A DNA stretch of 64,000 bases from Chitinophagaceae bacterium (GTDB taxonomy: Bacteria; Bacteroidota; Bacteroidia; Chitinophagales; Chitinophagaceae). The notes under the pieces are model-generated. The model was not told the DNA's origin, made no database searches, and worked only from the letters and a program-made list of their open reading frames with translations. The translations under genes and the position numbers were made by a program. This document shows positions 60,548 to 64,000 of this stretch, in pieces (position 1 is the stretch's first letter; each line of letters opens with the position of its first letter). The stretch lies in the NCBI GenBank assembly GCA_004297075.1, contig SCVK01000025.1:11139-75138 (forward strand). The letters run 5' to 3'.

Positions 60548-60952
60548 TTAGATTTTAATTGATTTGAAAAGATTGTCAATGGAAATGGTATTGTGTTCAA
60601 TCCCTGCAATAAGAATTGCATAAAGGGATATATAAATCATTTGCAGGGTTACGATGAGCCAGTCTGATTTTACTGCCTTACCGAATAAAAGGATGAGCAT
60701 TAAACTGAATCCGAAAAAGATGGTCTGGGCCGTAAATACACCTAACAGCAGGAATACACCGGTGACCAATTCAAGCACCGGCAAAACCTCCGCAAAAATT
60801 CTTACGAGCCTTTTGGGTAAATAGGTGTCAGCGAATTCCTTTTGTACAGCTTCGATAAAAGGTGCCTTGTTCTTCCCCGATCTTACCATACCGTGCATCA
60901 GAATATTCAGTCCGATTCCGACTCTTATCATTAAGTATGCTTTTTCCATCAT
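60548..60952 (-). CDS. DoxX family membrane protein
   Basis: RVGIGLNILMHG and LELVTGVFLLLGVFT motifs. Confidence 0.8.
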   Translation of the reverse strand: MMEKAYLMIRVGIGLNILMHGMVRSGKNKAPFIEAVQKEFADTYLPKRLVRIFAEVLPVLELVTGVFLLLGVFTAQTIFFGFSLMLILLFGKAVKSDWLIVTLQMIYISLYAILIAGIEHNTISIDNLFKSIKI

Positions 60953-60974
60953 TTGAGGTATATGGGTGAAAATT

Positions 60975-61880
60975 TTATTGGATTCCTTTTCTTTTAAGAA
61001 AATCTTTGATCAGGACTGCAGCCGCAGCATGTTTCTCCTCTAGTACAAAATGGCCGCCGTTGAGTAAACTGATCTGCGCATCTTTGATATCTGTTTTATA
61101 GGCTTCTGCGCCTGCCTGGATAAATAATTTGTCGTTTTTCCCTGAGATAACAAGTGTTGGTGGCTGGTAGGTTCTGAAATATTGCTGCCATATTTCATAC
61201 AAAGGCAGGTTAGTGCCGTAATTCCTGATCAATGCCAATTGTATTTCCTTATTTCCCGGACGGTCCAGATAGTATTGATCCGTTATATAACTGTCTGGGC
61301 TTATTTTGGTAATATCATCTGCTCCATCAGTATACTGCCATTTGGTTCCATCAATGGTTAAGAGATCTTTAACTGGCTGTTCGGTAGTTTCATCCGGGTT
61401 CTGGATATATGCCACCAATGGCGCCAAAGCTTCCCCAAGTCCTTCAGTATAGGCATTCGCGTTTTGTATGATAAGTGCCTCAATCAGTTCGGGCCTCAGC
61501 GTTGCAATACGGAAGCCGATCGGCCCGCCGTAATCCTGAACATACAGGGAAAACTTAGTCAGGTTAAGCGCGTTAATAAAACCATTAATGATTAAGGCAA
61601 GGTTATCAAAACTGTATTCAAATGCATCTGGCGAAGGGGCATCACTTTGTCCGAACCCCGGATAATCAGGTGCAATCAGATGGTACGAATCCGAGAGGTC
61701 ATTGATCAGATCCCTGAACATGTGAGAGGAAGACGGGAACCCGTGTAACAAAAGAATAACCGGATTTGCCGGATCTCCCGCTTCACGATAAAATAGCTCA
61801 AGTCCTTTAACAGATACGCGCTTGTGGTACACGATCCGTAAATCATTTTCAGCAAAATCAGCTGAATGTTCGCTTTTCAT
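60975..61880 (-). CDS. Cytoplasmic alpha/beta hydrolase, paralog of 59582-60544
   Basis: Same motifs, no signal peptide. Start at 61880. Confidence 0.87.
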   Translation of the reverse strand: MKSEHSADFAENDLRIVYHKRVSVKGLELFYREAGDPANPVILLLHGFPSSSHMFRDLINDLSDSYHLIAPDYPGFGQSDAPSPDAFEYSFDNLALIINGFINALNLTKFSLYVQDYGGPIGFRIATLRPELIEALIIQNANAYTEGLGEALAPLVAYIQNPDETTEQPVKDLLTIDGTKWQYTDGADDITKISPDSYITDQYYLDRPGNKEIQLALIRNYGTNLPLYEIWQQYFRTYQPPTLVISGKNDKLFIQAGAEAYKTDIKDAQISLLNGGHFVLEEKHAAAAVLIKDFLKRKGIQ

Positions 61881-61894
61881 AGTTTTCAGTTTAT

Positions 61895-61912
61895 AGACAG
61901 ACAAGTCTGTCT
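61895..61912. promoter_or_regulatory. TetR operator
   Basis: agacagac-aa-gtctgtct palindrome; core repeated at 62502-62515. Confidence 0.75.
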
Positions 61913-61929
61913 TTGTTGGTTAAAAAAAA

Positions 61930-62460
61930 TTATATCAGTTTCTCCACTATTTTCTTAGTGGTTTTAACGGGCCAGACATCCCGGTAAACTTTACTGGAAA
62001 TCAATGCCGCATCGAATAAGATATATAATTGATCGGCAAGCTCCTCCTTTCTCAATGGTTTCAGAATATCAGCGAACATCCGCCGTATAGAGTCTTTCTG
62101 GTTCCGGATGATGGCACGCACCCGCTCATTTTCAGTAGGGATCTCTGAAGCAATATTTAAAAAATTGCATCCTGTAAAATCATTCTGCCTCACATTTTTC
62201 AGTAAAAAATCAAACATCGCAATCACTTTCTCTTTAGGAGTATGTTGCTTCTCAATAGCCAACTGTAAAGCTTTCCGGGTCAGGTCAGATGTAACCGTCA
62301 GGTATTCTACCAATAAATCTTCCTTTGAAGGAAAATGCTGATACAGACTGGCTTTTGCCACTTCTGCCTCTTTGATTACCTGATTAATTCCTGTGCTGTT
62401 ATAACCCTGGGTGTAAAAAAGCCGCGATGCTACATCCACTATCCTGCTTCGGGTATCCAT
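61930..62460 (-). CDS. TetR family regulator
   Basis: GYNSTGINQVIKEAEVAKASLYQHF HTH and GCNFLN motif. Confidence 0.92.
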   Translation of the reverse strand: MDTRSRIVDVASRLFYTQGYNSTGINQVIKEAEVAKASLYQHFPSKEDLLVEYLTVTSDLTRKALQLAIEKQHTPKEKVIAMFDFLLKNVRQNDFTGCNFLNIASEIPTENERVRAIIRNQKDSIRRMFADILKPLRKEELADQLYILFDAALISSKVYRDVWPVKTTKKIVEKLI

Positions 62461-62501
62461 GACTAATAATTATGGAGCAAATATAGGAGTTATTTTAAAA
62501 A

Positions 62502-62515
62502 ACAGACAAGTCTGT
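62502..62515. promoter_or_regulatory. TetR autoregulatory operator
   Basis: acagacaagtctgt, identical to the core of 61897-61910. Confidence 0.75.
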
Positions 62516-62906
62516 ATGTTTTTTTTTAAAAACTTTCGCATTCCTCTTTGGCAGCTTCCCTCAGACCCAGATCTTAGGTAGATTATCCGCTTACTTACTT
62601 CCTACAACCTGTACCTATAACTGACTACTCCACCCTCCTTCAGCCTGTCACCATCGCCCGATCCATCCCTGGTAATCCGCGATCATATACTGCTTGATCT
62701 GCTGATCTTTAAGTATTCGTCCGCAGAGCTGCGGCAGTTACATGGAAAATCCAGGCTTTTGATCCCGTTTTCCAGCGCACTTTGCCCCATCTTCGCCAGA
62801 TCAAATTAACACCAAGAAGTATTGAACGTCATACTGTTGTTCCCACTTCGCAAACATTATAAATAAATATTATACGGGCACACACACCAATGGTATCAGG
62901 GGTACT

Positions 62907-63131
62907 AAATTCGCGCAGAACCTATACTATAAAGAGGGTGCCTATCGAACCCCAACATTAATAAAAACGTTTGCACATAACGAATTGAAATTAAAAGAGA
63001 AAAGGCTATTATTCTGGGAAAGAAAAGGGGAAAATTTTTCAATTTTCCCCTTGGGTGGAGTCAAGGGGAATGGAATCGAACCTCTGATACCATTATTGTT
63101 ATTCTTAAATAGCACCTCAATAATTCGATAA
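62907..63131 (+). pseudogene. Probable C-terminal remnant of a large serine recombinase
   Basis: Open frame without a start codon: FAQNLYYKEGAYRTPTLIKTFAHNELKLKEKRLL...GNGIEPLIPLLLFLN. Resembles, from recall only, tails of Bacteroidota recombinase-family proteins. Confidence 0.45.
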
Positions 63132-63315
63132 CCAATTAGTCTTTGCATTCAACTGGCTAAATAATTTTAAAACTACTGGAGTTCGATTACCCCTAAAAAT
63201 TTGTTAGTTACAAAAAATCATCTCTCGATATTTTTCAGCTTTTAGATCAATCTCTCTTATTGTCAGTTTATTAATTCCGTTTCTCACCATCTTTGTAATT
63301 ATAAATATAATAACT

Positions 63316-63717
63316 ATGTATGATCCAGAAACAATAGAAGTAGGTCACTACTTGAAAACACCCGAAGGATACTGGGAAGTAACGGATGTTGTCCCTGATC
63401 CTAAAAATCCTCAGCTTATCGGAACCAGTGCCATTCCAATTAAGCATAAATCAATATACGGTCCAGGTCCTGTTCCGCTTGAGGAAATAGAGATACTGGG
63501 TAATGTACTAGAGGACTTCGGCTTTGATCATGTAGGGCCAAACCAATATGAAATTACAACTGCTAATAACAATACGATAAACATTACAAGGCATAATGCG
63601 GCTGACATCCGGGTAGATGTTAATGGAAGTATAGACACGTTGGTGGGAAACAGCATCCATACCCTTCAGAAGTACCTTCTCGAAAACTACCAGGAAGAAC
63701 TTACAATTACAATATGA
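63316..63717 (+). CDS. Hypothetical protein
   Basis: 133-aa ORF with AT-rich leader; its stop overlaps the next ATG (ATGA). Confidence 0.65.
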   Translation: MYDPETIEVGHYLKTPEGYWEVTDVVPDPKNPQLIGTSAIPIKHKSIYGPGPVPLEEIEILGNVLEDFGFDHVGPNQYEITTANNNTINITRHNAADIRVDVNGSIDTLVGNSIHTLQKYLLENYQEELTITI

Positions 63718-64000
63718 AAGATAAAATAGATGAAATAACAGGTCTGTTCAAATACCGGTCTTACGAATCTGCAAAGCAGATTATAGAATCAAGGCAGCTT
63801 TGGTTCAGTAGACCAACACAGTTCAAGGATAGTTTCGACTGTTCACCAAAAATCCTTGTCAAGCATTTTGATTTTATTTATTCGAAAACAAGTGATCAAC
63901 TGTTTGAGGAAGAATTAACCGAATTAGCCGAAATCTATAAAAAGAGTGGGACTGTTAAGCAGTGGCTAAGTAATCCCGCAAAAGTTGCTGAAATCTACAG
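63714..64000 (+). CDS. DUF2971-like protein (3' end outside window)
   Basis: MKDKIDEITGLFKYRSYESAKQIIESRQLWFSRPTQFKDSFDC matches the LyKYR...LwFs.p..FnDpfd pattern; frame open to the window end. Confidence 0.65.
   Translation, partial: MKDKIDEITGLFKYRSYESAKQIIESRQLWFSRPTQFKDSFDCSPKILVKHFDFIYSKTSDQLFEEELTELAEIYKKSGTVKQWLSNPAKVAEIY

Noticed and set aside
62620-62800. Gene fragment on the minus strand
   Set aside because: Short frames (LAKMGQSALENGIKS..., DQQIKQYMIADYQGW) look coding, but no family is recognisable. BLASTX would be needed.
63055-63085. tRNA or tmRNA gene on the minus strand
   Set aside because: Only a disrupted T-arm/acceptor-like 3' string is present, with no D arm or anticodon arm, and it lies inside a protein-like frame.
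62942-63148. 68-aa minus-strand ORF in the track
   Set aside because: It is antisense to the more plausible plus-strand recombinase remnant.

Overview
Bacteroidota chromosome segment. Gene content and TAnnTTTG-type -7 promoter elements suggest Chitinophagaceae; this is an inference. From left to right it contains: an APC permease, a cupin and NamZ; two tandem FAD/Fe-S 2-hydroxyacid dehydrogenases; a divergent pair of bactofilins; a fasciclin lipoprotein; GH28 and beta-helix genes preceded by REPIN-like composite repeats; a complete clade II N2O-reductase operon (nosC-nosZ-nosB/L-nosD-nosF-nosY plus a group III truncated haemoglobin) with a divergent Crp/Fnr regulator and a His-rich membrane protein; a TetR-controlled RND pump; a TonB receptor/PepSY pair; assorted hydrolases; and a TetR-thioesterase-DinB-racemase-permease-GNAT run. 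From about 49 kb the DNA is visibly more AT-rich and accessory. It holds a STAND-ATPase/TPR/LuxR regulator flanked by two DUF4242 genes and a lipoprotein, a redox/electrophile-stress cluster (AraC, FabF, PNPOx-like, DUF1348, thioredoxin, AhpD/CMD, paired hydrolases, DoxX, TetR), a probable recombinase remnant and a DUF2971-like gene cut by the window edge. The best leads come from cis-element geometry read directly from the DNA. (1) Four promoters share a TGA-N6-TCA-type box exactly 23 bp upstream of the -7 element, tying the distant fasciclin gene and the unknown membrane protein to the nos regulon. (2) An 18-bp ATAGG-N8-CCTAT palindrome sits 21 bp upstream of the -7 element on both sides of the STAND-LuxR gene, defining an apparently uncharacterised three-target DUF4242/lipoprotein module. 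No rRNA, complete tRNA or CRISPR array was seen. All family calls are by motif recognition; no searches were run.
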